Shown here piece after piece: positions 20,869-30,800 of a stretch of 64,000 nt of DNA; the first letter of the stretch is position 1; every line of letters starts with the position of its first letter. The notes under the pieces were generated by a model, which saw nothing but the letters and a program-made list of their open reading frames with translations, was not told where the DNA came from and ran no database searches. The position numbers and the translations under genes were made by a program. The stretch lies in the NCBI RefSeq assembly GCF_000027125.1, contig NC_017626.1; one strand, 5' to 3'. The DNA is from Escherichia coli 042 (GTDB taxonomy: Bacteria; Pseudomonadota; Gammaproteobacteria; Enterobacterales; Enterobacteriaceae).

Positions 20869-21006
20869 TTACTTTTCAGCGGGGCGTTTTCTGCCGGTTG
20901 GGTTATTTACCACGCTGGATTTGTCACCTTCGGTAACTATTTTGCGCTGGTTAGAAATTTTATGGTCCAGTCCAAGAATATGACGTGCCTGACGGTTCGA
21001 TTTCAT
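20869..21006 (-). CDS. sra: Stationary-phase-induced ribosome-associated protein (small protein, below ORF-track cutoff)
   Basis: Hand translation of the minus strand from ATG 21004-21006: [45 protein letters not shown] then stop; GAGGAG RBS. Confidence 0.85.
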
Positions 21007-21107
21007 TTTAACTCCTCAATCCTGTTGCTAGTTTTAAGGACAACATCGCCGTAGCGAAGAAACACGTGCTAAACCCCTAAATTAGGTTGCCGATCAAGCA
21101 TAGCACC

Positions 21108-21323
21108 TTAAAGCGTAGGGTGCTGGCCACTGACCACATAATTGATCGTTTGCTGGTAGATATCACTGAGGATGTCGTTATCAGAAGCTTCCACCCATTT
21201 GGTCAGCTCCATGAGAATGTCATCTTCAGTGACAACACCGTGCTCTGCCCGAAGGCCTTGCTCAATGGCATTAACCAGAGCGGGTTCTGCTGTTGAATTT
21301 TCTGCCTGATAATAAGTAAACAT
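21108..21323 (-). CDS. bdm: Biofilm-dependent modulation protein
   Basis: Start at internal ATG 21321-21323 (MFTYYQAENSTAEPALVNAIEQGL), 71 aa; divergent from osmC. Confidence 0.85.
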   Translation of the reverse strand: MFTYYQAENSTAEPALVNAIEQGLRAEHGVVTEDDILMELTKWVEASDNDILSDIYQQTINYVVSGQHPTL

Positions 21324-21667
21324 AGCGATTCTCCGTGTCTGTGTATTTTTGGTGTCTGCTACGGATCGCAGATATATAAAGCACATTCAGCATGGCAAAT
21401 ATTTGCCGCTTCGTTGTTAAGATTAGTCCTGGTTGATAATTTTTATATTATAACACCATGATATTCATAGGGATTGTAATTGGGGCGATCCGATTAATAT
21501 TGATACAATATCTTTTGGATTATATATTCCCCGTTATCTATTGTGGGAATTTAATTTAAGTACAGAGATAATGTTTTCGCCGGATTTTATTCGGAATATC
21601 CTGCTTATCCTCGTGCGGTTTCTCACGTAGTCTATAATTTCCTTTTTAAGCCCACAGGAGAGCAACA

Positions 21668-22099
21668 ATGACAATCCATAAGAAAGGTCAGGCACACTGG
21701 GAAGGCGATATCAAACGCGGGAAGGGAACTGTATCCACCGAGAGCGGCGTGCTGAACCAACAGCCGTATGGATTTAACACGCGTTTTGAAGGCGAAAAAG
21801 GAACCAACCCTGAAGAACTGATTGGCGCAGCGCATGCCGCATGTTTCTCAATGGCGCTTTCATTAATGCTGGGGGAAGCGGGATTCACGCCAACATCGAT
21901 TGATACCACCGCCGATGTGTCGCTGGATAAAGTGGATGCAGGTTTTGCGATTACTAAAATCGCACTGAAGAGCGAAGTTGCGGTGCCGGGTATTGATGCC
22001 TCTACTTTTGACGGCATTATCCAGAAAGCAAAAGCAGGATGCCCGGTTTCTCAGGTACTGAAAGCTGAAATTACGCTTGATTACCAGTTGAAATCGTAA
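21668..22099 (+). CDS. osmC: Osmotically inducible peroxiredoxin (OsmC/Ohr family)
   Basis: 143 aa, MTIHKKGQAHWEGDIKRGKGTVSTESGVLN; preceded by about 340 bp of AT-rich promoter region. Confidence 0.93.
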   Translation: MTIHKKGQAHWEGDIKRGKGTVSTESGVLNQQPYGFNTRFEGEKGTNPEELIGAAHAACFSMALSLMLGEAGFTPTSIDTTADVSLDKVDAGFAITKIALKSEVAVPGIDASTFDGIIQKAKAGCPVSQVLKAEITLDYQLKS

Positions 22100-22154
22100 A
22101 GCGTTGCCGGATGACGCGTCAGGCGCGTGATTGCCTGATGCGTTGTTAGCGTCT

Positions 22155-23081
22155 CTACAGCGCCCGCCAGCACCGGATCTCACGTCCGTCCTCCCTTATT
22201 GTTAATGATTGCCGGACTTCACATCCGTGGGTTGCCAGAGGGCAGCGTTCGCGGAAAAAACAGCCTTGTGGCAACGTGCGGTTTCCTGGTAGATCCGTTT
22301 TACGTAATGCCCATTCTTCCTCCAGCGGTTTATCAATGGCGGGGAGGGAATCCAGCAATAATCGGGTGTATGGATGTGCCGGAGCTGTCAGCACCTGTTG
22401 CGCGTCTCCTAGTTCCACAATCTGTCCGAGATACATCACCGCCACCCGATCGCTCATATGACGTATCACCGAGACATTGTGTGAAATCAGCACATAAGTC
22501 AGCCCGCGATTTTCCTGTAGCGTTACCAGTAAATTGAGGATCTGCGCCTGCACGGAGATATCCAGCGCCGAGGTTGGTTCATCAAGCACAATCACGTCAG
22601 GCTGCGAAGAGAGTGCTCTGGCAATGGCGATACGTTGCCGCTGCCCGCCTGAGAACGCATGAGGCAAGCGATCGAGATACTCCGGACGAATACCCACCTG
22701 CACAGCCAGCTCCTCTGCCAACGCTCGCCGCTGTTGTTCACTACTACGCTTAGCTATCCAGAGCGGTTCTGTGATGATGCGCCACACCGGTAAGCGCGGA
22801 TTGAGCGAAGAGAGCGGGTCCTGAAACACCATCTGCATAATGCGTTGTGATCTTGAACGGATGTACTGCCCGTGGCTCGGTTGCAGCATACCCATTAAAA
22901 GCTGTGCGAGGGTGCTTTTGCCGCAGCCTGACTCACCGACGATCCCTAAGGTTTCACTACGACGGATCTGTAAATCAATACCATTGATGGCATGAACATG
23001 TTCCGTAGTTTTACCAAGCCAGTTTTTTCGGGCCGGGAAATTGATATGGACGTCGCGTAACGTTAATAACGTGTCAGACAC
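22155..23081 (-). CDS. ddpF: D,D-dipeptide ABC transporter ATP-binding protein
   Basis: Walker A GESGCGKST and ABC signature LSGGQRQR; start assigned to GTG at 23079-23081 (MSDTLLTLRDVHINF, 308 aa), overlapping the ddpD 3' end. Confidence 0.88.
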   Translation of the reverse strand: MSDTLLTLRDVHINFPARKNWLGKTTEHVHAINGIDLQIRRSETLGIVGESGCGKSTLAQLLMGMLQPSHGQYIRSRSQRIMQMVFQDPLSSLNPRLPVWRIITEPLWIAKRSSEQQRRALAEELAVQVGIRPEYLDRLPHAFSGGQRQRIAIARALSSQPDVIVLDEPTSALDISVQAQILNLLVTLQENRGLTYVLISHNVSVIRHMSDRVAVMYLGQIVELGDAQQVLTAPAHPYTRLLLDSLPAIDKPLEEEWALRKTDLPGNRTLPQGCFFRERCPLATHGCEVRQSLTIREDGREIRCWRAL

Positions 23082-24060
23082 TAATGACCTCCTGCTGAGG
23101 ATACCAACAGGCGCAGCGGTGGTTGTTGTCACCATACGCTGTTAGCGCCGGGACGTTTTCACACTGTGCACCTGCCGCATAGCAACGATCGCGAAAAGCG
23201 CAGCCGTCAGGCAAATGGGTGAGGTTTGGTACCGTCCCCGGAATAGCGGGTAATGGCTGGCGCGGTATTCCATGTTCCGGTGCGCATTGCAGCAAACCAA
23301 TGGTATACGGATGCCGGGGATGATGGATAACGTCTGCCGTCACGCCGCTCTCAATCACGCTTCCGGCATACATCACGTAAACGCTATCGCACAGTTGCGA
23401 CACCACGGCCATATCATGGCTGATGAACAGTACCGCAGTTCCACTGGCGCGGGCTTTATGTTTAAGCAGACGCAGTACCTGCAACTGTACCGTGACGTCC
23501 AGCGCCGTAGTCGGTTCGTCGGCAATAATCAATTGCGGCTCGCAGGAGAATGCCAGCGCAATCATTACCCGCTGTCGCATACCACCTGAAAGCTCAAACG
23601 GATAGCGCGACATAACTTCCACGGCATCCGGGATTTGCATCTCTTCCAGCAGGGCAATCGCTTTAGCTCTGGCTTCCCGACGACTTTTTGGTTGATGATG
23701 GCGGATCACGTCCATCATCTGAAGACCTATTCGACGTGTCGGATTAAGGGCGGTCATCGGTTCCTGAAAGATCATCGCCACTCGTGCGCCGCGCCACTGA
23801 CGAAGCTGTTTTTCCCGAGCGTTAAGAGCATCTTCTCCCAGCAGTGAAATATGTCCCCGATGTACGCAATAACTGCCCGTCGGTAACAGACGCATAATCA
23901 ACATTGCAGTGACTGATTTACCCGAGCCGGATTCTCCCACCAGACCGACAATTTCACCGCGGTTGATTTTCAATGACACATTGTTGAGCGCGTGAACATC
24001 ACCGTTAAAACCGGGGAAACTCAAATGCAGTTGTTGAATGTCCAGAACGGGTTGGGTCAT
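23074..24060 (-). CDS. ddpD: D,D-dipeptide ABC transporter ATP-binding protein
   Basis: 328 aa with GESGSGKS Walker A and LSGGMRQR signature; start overlaps ddpC stop. Confidence 0.9.
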   Translation of the reverse strand: MTQPVLDIQQLHLSFPGFNGDVHALNNVSLKINRGEIVGLVGESGSGKSVTAMLIMRLLPTGSYCVHRGHISLLGEDALNAREKQLRQWRGARVAMIFQEPMTALNPTRRIGLQMMDVIRHHQPKSRREARAKAIALLEEMQIPDAVEVMSRYPFELSGGMRQRVMIALAFSCEPQLIIADEPTTALDVTVQLQVLRLLKHKARASGTAVLFISHDMAVVSQLCDSVYVMYAGSVIESGVTADVIHHPRHPYTIGLLQCAPEHGIPRQPLPAIPGTVPNLTHLPDGCAFRDRCYAAGAQCENVPALTAYGDNNHRCACWYPQQEVISV

Positions 24061-24953
24061 GACTGCTTTCCTCCTGCTTTCGGGTCAAGCAGATCGCGAA
24101 TACCATCACCAAAGAGATTAAACCCGACGGCGGTAAGCAAAATCGCTGCCCCCGGAAATGCGCAATACCACCATTGATCGAGCACATAGTTGCGACCATT
24201 CGCCACCATCGCCCCCCATTCAGCACTTGGTTGTTGAGCACCCAGGCCAATAAATCCCAACGTGGCGGCCATTAAAATCGCGCTACCGATATCCAGCGAT
24301 GCCTGCACAATCAGCGGCGGCAGGGAGTTACGTAAAATATGCCAGTTGATCAGATGCCAACGCGACGCACCAAAGGTTTTCGCCGCCTGAACATAGGTAT
24401 ACTGGCGAACAACTAATGTTTGCCCCCGCGCCAGGCGCACATAAAAGGGAATTCGCACAATAGCAATCGCCAGCATGGCGTTAAACAAACTCGGCCCGAG
24501 AGCGGCTGCCAGTGCCATTGTCAGCACCAGCGAAGGAATCGACAGCATAATGTCCATGATGCGCATGATAATCGCGTCTGCGCGTCCGCCAAGCACACCG
24601 GATAGACACCCGAGTAGCGACCCCATCATACCTGCAATGGCGACCACCACTAATCCGGCGAGAATTGATTGCTGACTGCCGACCAGTACGCGGCTAAACA
24701 GATCGCGTCCCACTTCATCGGTGCCAAACCAGTGCGCCGCAGAAGGCGGCAAAAGGCGGGCGGTTAAATCAATGGCGTTGGGATCATGCGTCGCCAGCCA
24801 CGGTGAAAAAATCATCATCAGTAGCATTAATACAATGATGACTGCGCCGGTCACGGTAAGCGGGCTGCCTTTCAGCATCCATACCAGTTTTGCACCGTTA
24901 AATCGCGTTTGTTTTGGTGGGCGCACGGCTGACGTTTCCTCGCTTAGCATCAT
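24057..24953 (-). CDS. ddpC: D,D-dipeptide ABC transporter permease
   Basis: 298-aa polytopic membrane protein of the DppC/OppC type; 4-nt overlaps with both neighbours. Confidence 0.9.
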   Translation of the reverse strand: MMLSEETSAVRPPKQTRFNGAKLVWMLKGSPLTVTGAVIIVLMLLMMIFSPWLATHDPNAIDLTARLLPPSAAHWFGTDEVGRDLFSRVLVGSQQSILAGLVVVAIAGMMGSLLGCLSGVLGGRADAIIMRIMDIMLSIPSLVLTMALAAALGPSLFNAMLAIAIVRIPFYVRLARGQTLVVRQYTYVQAAKTFGASRWHLINWHILRNSLPPLIVQASLDIGSAILMAATLGFIGLGAQQPSAEWGAMVANGRNYVLDQWWYCAFPGAAILLTAVGFNLFGDGIRDLLDPKAGGKQS

Positions 24954-25972
24954 TCACCACCTCCACGTCCGATACGCGGATCAATCCACAAATAGAGCAA
25001 ATCCACCACCAGGTTGACCAGCACATAAGCAAACGAAACCACGACGGCAAATCCCATCACCGCAGGGAAGTCGAGCGCCTGTATTGATGTCACTACCCAT
25101 GCCCCCATTCCGGGCCAGGCAAAAACGGTTTCGGTGAGCACTGCGCCATACAACAAATCGCCCAGCGCCAGACCCAATACGGTAATCGAGGGGATCAACG
25201 CATTGGGTAGCGCATAACATAAAACGATATACCAGCCGGGCAAGCCGCTGGCCCGGGCGGTACGAATGTAATCTTCACTCAATTGTTCCAGCATAGCTGA
25301 GCGGATCTGGCGAGCGACAATTCCCAGGTGAACGAACGCCAGCGTTAATGCCGGTAAGATGAGATGTTGCAGCGCATTGAAGAAGACTTCACCGTTGCCT
25401 TCAAGCAGCGCATCGAGCAGATAAAAGCCGGTAACGTGCGTTGGTGGATCCAGCCAGTCATCAAGCCTTCCGCCGCCGGGAAGAATTTGCAGATGACCAT
25501 AAAACAGCACAATGACGCCCAGCCCAAGCCAGAACGCAGGTGTGGAGATTCCGGTAATGGCCATTATTCGCACCAGATGATCCAGCCAGCGATTTCGCCA
25601 GACTGCAGAGAGTATGCCCAGCGGGATGCCAATCAGGAGTGCCAGCAGCAGGGCACAAAAAGCCAGTTCCAGCGTCGCCGGGAAAAATATACGCAACTCT
25701 TCCAGCACCGGACGCCCGGTACGAATGGATGTTCCCAGGTCACCCTGAAACAGGTCGCTGACGTAGCGGTAAAACTGTACGTACAGTGGCTGGTCCAGTC
25801 CCAGTTGCTGGCGAATATTATCCACGATAGCATCGCTGGCGCGGTCACCCGCCAGTAACCGCGCCGGATCGCCGGGGATCAGGTGCGAGATAATAAACGT
25901 TATCACACAGACGCCCGCCACCACGAGCACCAGCCCCCAGCAGCGTTGGCGTAAAATACTCCAGAAGGTCAC
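24950..25972 (-). CDS. ddpB: D,D-dipeptide ABC transporter permease
   Basis: 340-aa DppB/OppB-type permease. Confidence 0.9.
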   Translation of the reverse strand: MTFWSILRQRCWGLVLVVAGVCVITFIISHLIPGDPARLLAGDRASDAIVDNIRQQLGLDQPLYVQFYRYVSDLFQGDLGTSIRTGRPVLEELRIFFPATLELAFCALLLALLIGIPLGILSAVWRNRWLDHLVRIMAITGISTPAFWLGLGVIVLFYGHLQILPGGGRLDDWLDPPTHVTGFYLLDALLEGNGEVFFNALQHLILPALTLAFVHLGIVARQIRSAMLEQLSEDYIRTARASGLPGWYIVLCYALPNALIPSITVLGLALGDLLYGAVLTETVFAWPGMGAWVVTSIQALDFPAVMGFAVVVSFAYVLVNLVVDLLYLWIDPRIGRGGGE

Positions 25973-25973
25973 G

Positions 25974-27524
25974 TTATTTACTCATGGTATTGATATTGAA
26001 GACCTGTTCCAGCATGGGATTGAACACAAAACCTTTCACCTCTTTGTTCATCGCCAGTTGGTAGTTTTTCTGGAACAGGTACACATAAGCAGCGTCATCA
26101 ATGACGATTTTCTGTGCCTGCTGGTAGTCCCGAGTACGCTGCGTCTGGTCGGTGGTCGCTAGCGCATTGCGCAGTAACTTATCGACCTCACTGTTTTCAT
26201 AGAACGAGCGGTTACCCGGCAGACCTTTTTTGTCTGACTCAAACCAGTAATTCATAAACATATACGGGTCGGCAAAATCCGGACTCCAGTTGCCAATCGC
26301 AATGTCATAATCACCTTTTCCCACTCTGTCGCGCATGGTGGCGTTCGCCAGCTTTTCCAGCTTCACGTTGATGCCCAGCTTGTTGAGACTGGATTGTGTC
26401 GCCAGAGCAATAGGCTCCCAGTTCGGATCATTATCAGAATAGAGAAACGTCAGGCTGGTGGGTTTGCTCGTCACTTTATCCCATTCGGCTTTGGCTTTCG
26501 TTTCGTCATGGTTGTATTGCATTGCCGTCGCATCGTATCCCCACATGCCTTCCGGAATCGGGCCGCGCATTTGTTTTCCGTTACCACTCAGAATGCCGTT
26601 AACCATACCCTGATAATCGGTAGACCAGGAAATGGCCCGACGCAGATCCGCCTGATTAAGTGGCGCTTTGCTGTTATTCAGATACAGATAGGTGACGCGC
26701 AGTGACGGATACTCTGCCACATTGACTTTGTTTTCCTGCTTCAGTGCGTTGAGTTGATCCACCGGCAGCGCATCGGCAATGTCAATGTCGCCACGGGAGA
26801 GCTGCAGGCGACGGGAAGCACTTTCACCGATAATTTTTACCGATACCCGTTTGAAATTCGGTTTATTGCCGGGGTAATGCGGATTTGGCACCAGAACTAA
26901 TTGCTGACCTTTTTGCCAGCTTTTCAGCATAAACGGTCCGGAGCCAGCGGTATTTTGCGCGAGGAAACCACGTGCATCATCCGCCGCATGCTCCTTTAAG
27001 ACCGCCGGATTGATAATGGATGCACCGTCATTCGCCAGCGTGTAGAGGAACGGTGCGAATGGCTGGCTAAGGGTAAACCTCACTGTATGTTCGTCGGGAG
27101 CATCAATCTTTAAATCTTTGGGAAATGCTTCTGCTGGCCCCTGGCCGATTTTTAGTAACCGCTCAAAAGAGAGTTTTACTGCTTCGGCAGTGACAGGAGT
27201 GCCATCGGCAAATTTAGCATTATCCTTCAGGGTGAATGTCCACTCTTTTTGATCGTCAGACGCTTTCCAGCTACTCGCCAGATCGCCTTCAACGTCGGTT
27301 GAGCCTTTATCACCGTCCGTTTTGTACTGAACCAGTCGCTGATAAGACGGGTAGGTCACTGTCCAGTCGTTATTATCAATTGTCACCGCTGGGTCGAGGG
27401 TTTGTGGGTCGGCAGCTTTACCGATCACCAGCATATCTTTCGGTACGGCGGCGTGCGCAACCGGCATTGTTGTGGCAAGGACGATCGCGAGCAATGTAGG
27501 ACGAAACAAAATCGATCTCTTCAT
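25974..27524 (-). CDS. ddpA: D,D-dipeptide periplasmic substrate-binding protein
   Basis: Start moved to ATG 27522-27524 (MKRSILFRPTLLAIVLATTMPVAHA, signal peptide) with AGGAAA RBS; 516 aa, family 5 solute-binding protein. Confidence 0.9.
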   Translation of the reverse strand: MKRSILFRPTLLAIVLATTMPVAHAAVPKDMLVIGKAADPQTLDPAVTIDNNDWTVTYPSYQRLVQYKTDGDKGSTDVEGDLASSWKASDDQKEWTFTLKDNAKFADGTPVTAEAVKLSFERLLKIGQGPAEAFPKDLKIDAPDEHTVRFTLSQPFAPFLYTLANDGASIINPAVLKEHAADDARGFLAQNTAGSGPFMLKSWQKGQQLVLVPNPHYPGNKPNFKRVSVKIIGESASRRLQLSRGDIDIADALPVDQLNALKQENKVNVAEYPSLRVTYLYLNNSKAPLNQADLRRAISWSTDYQGMVNGILSGNGKQMRGPIPEGMWGYDATAMQYNHDETKAKAEWDKVTSKPTSLTFLYSDNDPNWEPIALATQSSLNKLGINVKLEKLANATMRDRVGKGDYDIAIGNWSPDFADPYMFMNYWFESDKKGLPGNRSFYENSEVDKLLRNALATTDQTQRTRDYQQAQKIVIDDAAYVYLFQKNYQLAMNKEVKGFVFNPMLEQVFNINTMSK

Positions 27525-27537
27525 GACAGTTTCCTGA

Positions 27538-28119
27538 TTAACTGGCGTGCTGTGTGCCAGGGGATATAAAACAGGTGAATTGATCAGCGAGTAGTGGGTA
27601 ACTCGCTGCCTGGGGTAATTCGAAGTGCCACCATTCGCTCGGGATACCGACAAAGCCACCGCCAGTCATAATCGCATTCAGCAACAGCCGATTGCGCTGA
27701 GCGGCGGGCGGGACGGAAGGGTGATAAGCATGGGAACGTTCGTGCATTTCATCGAACTCTGCACCCATATCCAGGATGTTCCCGTGCTCATCACGAAGCG
27801 TCAGGTCGATCGCCGTGCCACGGCTGTGATTAGAACCGACCGTCACATCAACAACATATTGCGGGTCTGGGCAGGTTTGCCACAACATCGCCTGTGCTTG
27901 TTGTGGGCGATACGCATCGTAAATCACCAGTTGTAAGCCTGACAGCTGGGCGATACTGATACTTTTCGCCAGCGCAGTAATCGCATCCTTGTGTAACAGA
28001 CAACGCGCTTGCTGATAAATAGCTTTGCCTGTGATGTTATCAGCGCAGGCGTATTTCAGTTCGATCTCCAGATCAGGGAAGATCACGGCTAAATCAACCA
28101 GTTCGGTGGTATCCGACAT
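27538..28119 (-). CDS. ddpX: D-Ala-D-Ala dipeptidase (VanX homologue)
   Basis: 193 aa, MSDTTELVDLAVIFPDLEIELKYACADNITGK with the VanX-type Zn-binding pattern; first gene of the ddp operon. Confidence 0.9.
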   Translation of the reverse strand: MSDTTELVDLAVIFPDLEIELKYACADNITGKAIYQQARCLLHKDAITALAKSISIAQLSGLQLVIYDAYRPQQAQAMLWQTCPDPQYVVDVTVGSNHSRGTAIDLTLRDEHGNILDMGAEFDEMHERSHAYHPSVPPAAQRNRLLLNAIMTGGGFVGIPSEWWHFELPQAASYPLLADQFTCFISPGTQHAS

Positions 28120-28376
28120 AAACGGTTCCTGTATAAGACAAAAATTGCTGCGCTTTCCGCTTATGCAGATCTCATGCCATGCCGGGATAAGCGCCAGAAT
28201 GCTGGCTTAAAGTTATATTTTTTAACTTTTGATCAACATTTGTGCAGCGTAGTGCAGTTTTGGTGCAAGAGGGGAAGTTAAGGAAGGAATCTCCCGGAAT
28301 CGTAGCTGAAATCACAGTATTTAAGTGACAGTGTCACTTTAAAGGAAAACCCGCGAGTGCGGGCGAGAGGAATTTG

Positions 28377-30776
28377 TCAGATTTTCAGCGGTAACACACT
28401 GCTCATCCAGCCTGGAATTTCTTCGGCGGGCAGGGGGCGGGAAAAGAAATATCCCTGAATAACGCGACAGTGGATCTTGCGTAGCATCTCAAATTGCTCT
28501 TTGGTTTCGACGCCTTCCGCCACGACGGTTAAATTAAGGCTTTGCCCAATGCTGGTAATGGCTTCAAGTAAGGCAAGGATGCGTTTTTCGGTCAGACAAC
28601 GATCGACAAAACTTTTGTCAATTTTGATTTCCGTTACCGGAAGACTGACTAAGCGGGATAATCCGGAAAAGCCCGTGCCAAAATCATCTACCGATAAACC
28701 CACGCCCATATCGCGCAGGATCTGAATGCGCTTAAAGATTTCGGTATCGTGTTCCATCATCATGCTTTCCGTGATTTCCACCGTCAGCTGGTGGCCGTCA
28801 ATACCCCAGGCGTGCATTGCATCAGACACCTGATTAGGCAGTTGATTACTGCGAAAGTGCAGCGCCGACAAGTTAACGGATAACGCCGGGATATGAATAT
28901 TCTGGCTACGCCATTCTGCTAACTGACGGCAAGCTTCCGCGATGACCCAGCGCCCAATATTTTCGATTTCACCGATCTCTTCTGCGAGAGGAATAAACCG
29001 TGAAGGGGGCACATGACCATGCAGGGGATCGTGCCAGCGAGCAAGGGCTTCGATGCCGTACAGTTCACCCGTTTCTGCGAAGATTTGCGGCTGGTAAACC
29101 AGTTTCAGTTGGTTATTGCTAATTGCTTCTTTCAGCGCCGCGCCTAAAACCAAACGCTCTTTTACCATTTCGTTCATCGCCGGGCTGAAGAACTGCCAGC
29201 CGTTACCGCCATTTTTGCGAATAAAATCCATTGCATTGTGAGCAGTGGAGAGCAGGTAATCGCGGTTTTTACCCACGTCGTAGCTGATGCCAATGCTCAA
29301 GGTGAGCGGGAATGGCTTATCGTCAATCATTATCGGCTTGCTGACCACATTCCGTAGCTCATCGGCGATTTGCGTAATGTTACTGACGTCGTTTTCCAGG
29401 CTCACGAGGACAAACTGCGTACCTTCGATACGACAGAGATATTGATCCGGTTTGAGTTTTTCACGAAAGCGATTGACCACTTCCAGCAATGCCTGATCGG
29501 CCCACGCATAGCCAAGGCTATCAATCACATCCTGAATATGGTCAACACTGATGAGATAGACCACCGGAGAGACGGCTTTGTCGACCAGGTCATCGAGGTA
29601 ATTGTGCAGGTTATTGCGATTTGGCAGACCGGTCATCGGATCAAATTGGATGAGTTGTTCAATATGCTGACGGCTTTTTTCCTGTTCCAGCGCCAGCGCG
29701 GCCATATGCTGGCTGATATCTGCCACGCGTTCGATAAAGGCGCTGGTTTCTGCTCCTGACGAGGTTTTAATTTGCAGGATCCCCGCAGGCGCACCATCAC
29801 GCTGACGAATGGTCGCTGACCAGCTTTGCGCATTTTGAACTTCTGCACCGTGCGAAGATGACGCCCAGTGTATCGGCATCCCGTTGCGCAGCGCGAACAG
29901 CGAAACATGCGATTCGTTGAGTACAGATTCGATGTTACGACAAATGATTTCCCCCATTTCATGAAATGGCGGGCTGCTGCACATGGCGGCGAGAATATTG
30001 CCTTCAAGCTGGCGGATTTGCCGTTCTTCGGTGATATCCGAGAAGGTCATTACCAGGTTCTGCAGATGCGCGAGCACGTCATAAACCGGGCTGATAGAGG
30101 CTTTAATCCAGATTTTTTCACCGGTGCGCGTCAATAGCAGAAATTCGTCCTGATCGCGGGCGGTTTTCCAAAGCAACTGTTGTAAACGAATGCGGTTATC
30201 GGCAGGGAATTCAGGAATGTTCAGGAGTGAATCGGGCTGCATACCGCTGGCTTCGCTAATGCAGTAACCAAACATTTCGGTAAATGCGCGATTGCACTGC
30301 ACAATATGGCGTTCCGGATCGAGGACAATCACCGGTCGGTCGAGATGGTCAACGGCAATAATCAATTGTCGGGTCTGTTCTTTTTGCGCCATTTCTACGC
30401 TGGCATCCCGTACCAGCGCCAGGTAATAAATTTTACCCTCGGCGCTCACTTTCGATAGCGCAAAACGGGTCCAGATTTTACTGCCGTCTTTTTTCTCCAG
30501 CTGCAGCTCCCGACTCATCCCCTCGACGCGCGCTTTACCGCCTTCACGGTTGTGACGGATGTATTCAGGATGCGCGGGACGCAAATCCCGTGGAATCAGC
30601 ATATCAATGTTATTGCCAATGACTTCTTCACGTTTGTACCCCCAGAGCTTCTCTGCGGCGGGGTTGAAAAACATCACTTCATCATTTTCGTTAATTAACA
30701 CCGCGCCCATCATATTTTGCTCAAGGGCGGGGAAAAAAATGCCATCGGCGGCATTATCCGCATCGGTTAGCTTCAT
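28377..30776 (-). CDS. dosP: Heme/oxygen-sensing c-di-GMP phosphodiesterase (PAS-GGDEF-EAL)
   Basis: Start moved to ATG 30774-30776 (MKLTDADNAADGIFFPALEQ) with GAGG RBS; 799 aa. Confidence 0.92.
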   Translation of the reverse strand: MKLTDADNAADGIFFPALEQNMMGAVLINENDEVMFFNPAAEKLWGYKREEVIGNNIDMLIPRDLRPAHPEYIRHNREGGKARVEGMSRELQLEKKDGSKIWTRFALSKVSAEGKIYYLALVRDASVEMAQKEQTRQLIIAVDHLDRPVIVLDPERHIVQCNRAFTEMFGYCISEASGMQPDSLLNIPEFPADNRIRLQQLLWKTARDQDEFLLLTRTGEKIWIKASISPVYDVLAHLQNLVMTFSDITEERQIRQLEGNILAAMCSSPPFHEMGEIICRNIESVLNESHVSLFALRNGMPIHWASSSHGAEVQNAQSWSATIRQRDGAPAGILQIKTSSGAETSAFIERVADISQHMAALALEQEKSRQHIEQLIQFDPMTGLPNRNNLHNYLDDLVDKAVSPVVYLISVDHIQDVIDSLGYAWADQALLEVVNRFREKLKPDQYLCRIEGTQFVLVSLENDVSNITQIADELRNVVSKPIMIDDKPFPLTLSIGISYDVGKNRDYLLSTAHNAMDFIRKNGGNGWQFFSPAMNEMVKERLVLGAALKEAISNNQLKLVYQPQIFAETGELYGIEALARWHDPLHGHVPPSRFIPLAEEIGEIENIGRWVIAEACRQLAEWRSQNIHIPALSVNLSALHFRSNQLPNQVSDAMHAWGIDGHQLTVEITESMMMEHDTEIFKRIQILRDMGVGLSVDDFGTGFSGLSRLVSLPVTEIKIDKSFVDRCLTEKRILALLEAITSIGQSLNLTVVAEGVETKEQFEMLRKIHCRVIQGYFFSRPLPAEEIPGWMSSVLPLKI

Positions 30777-30800
30777 GATTACCTCTGCATCCTGGCGCAT

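Noticed and set aside
22100-22154. Possible REP-like palindrome (GCCGGATGACGCGTCAGGCG) between the convergent osmC and ddpF.
   Set aside because: Only a partial match to canonical REP; more likely a simple bidirectional terminator hairpin. Not annotated as a repeat.
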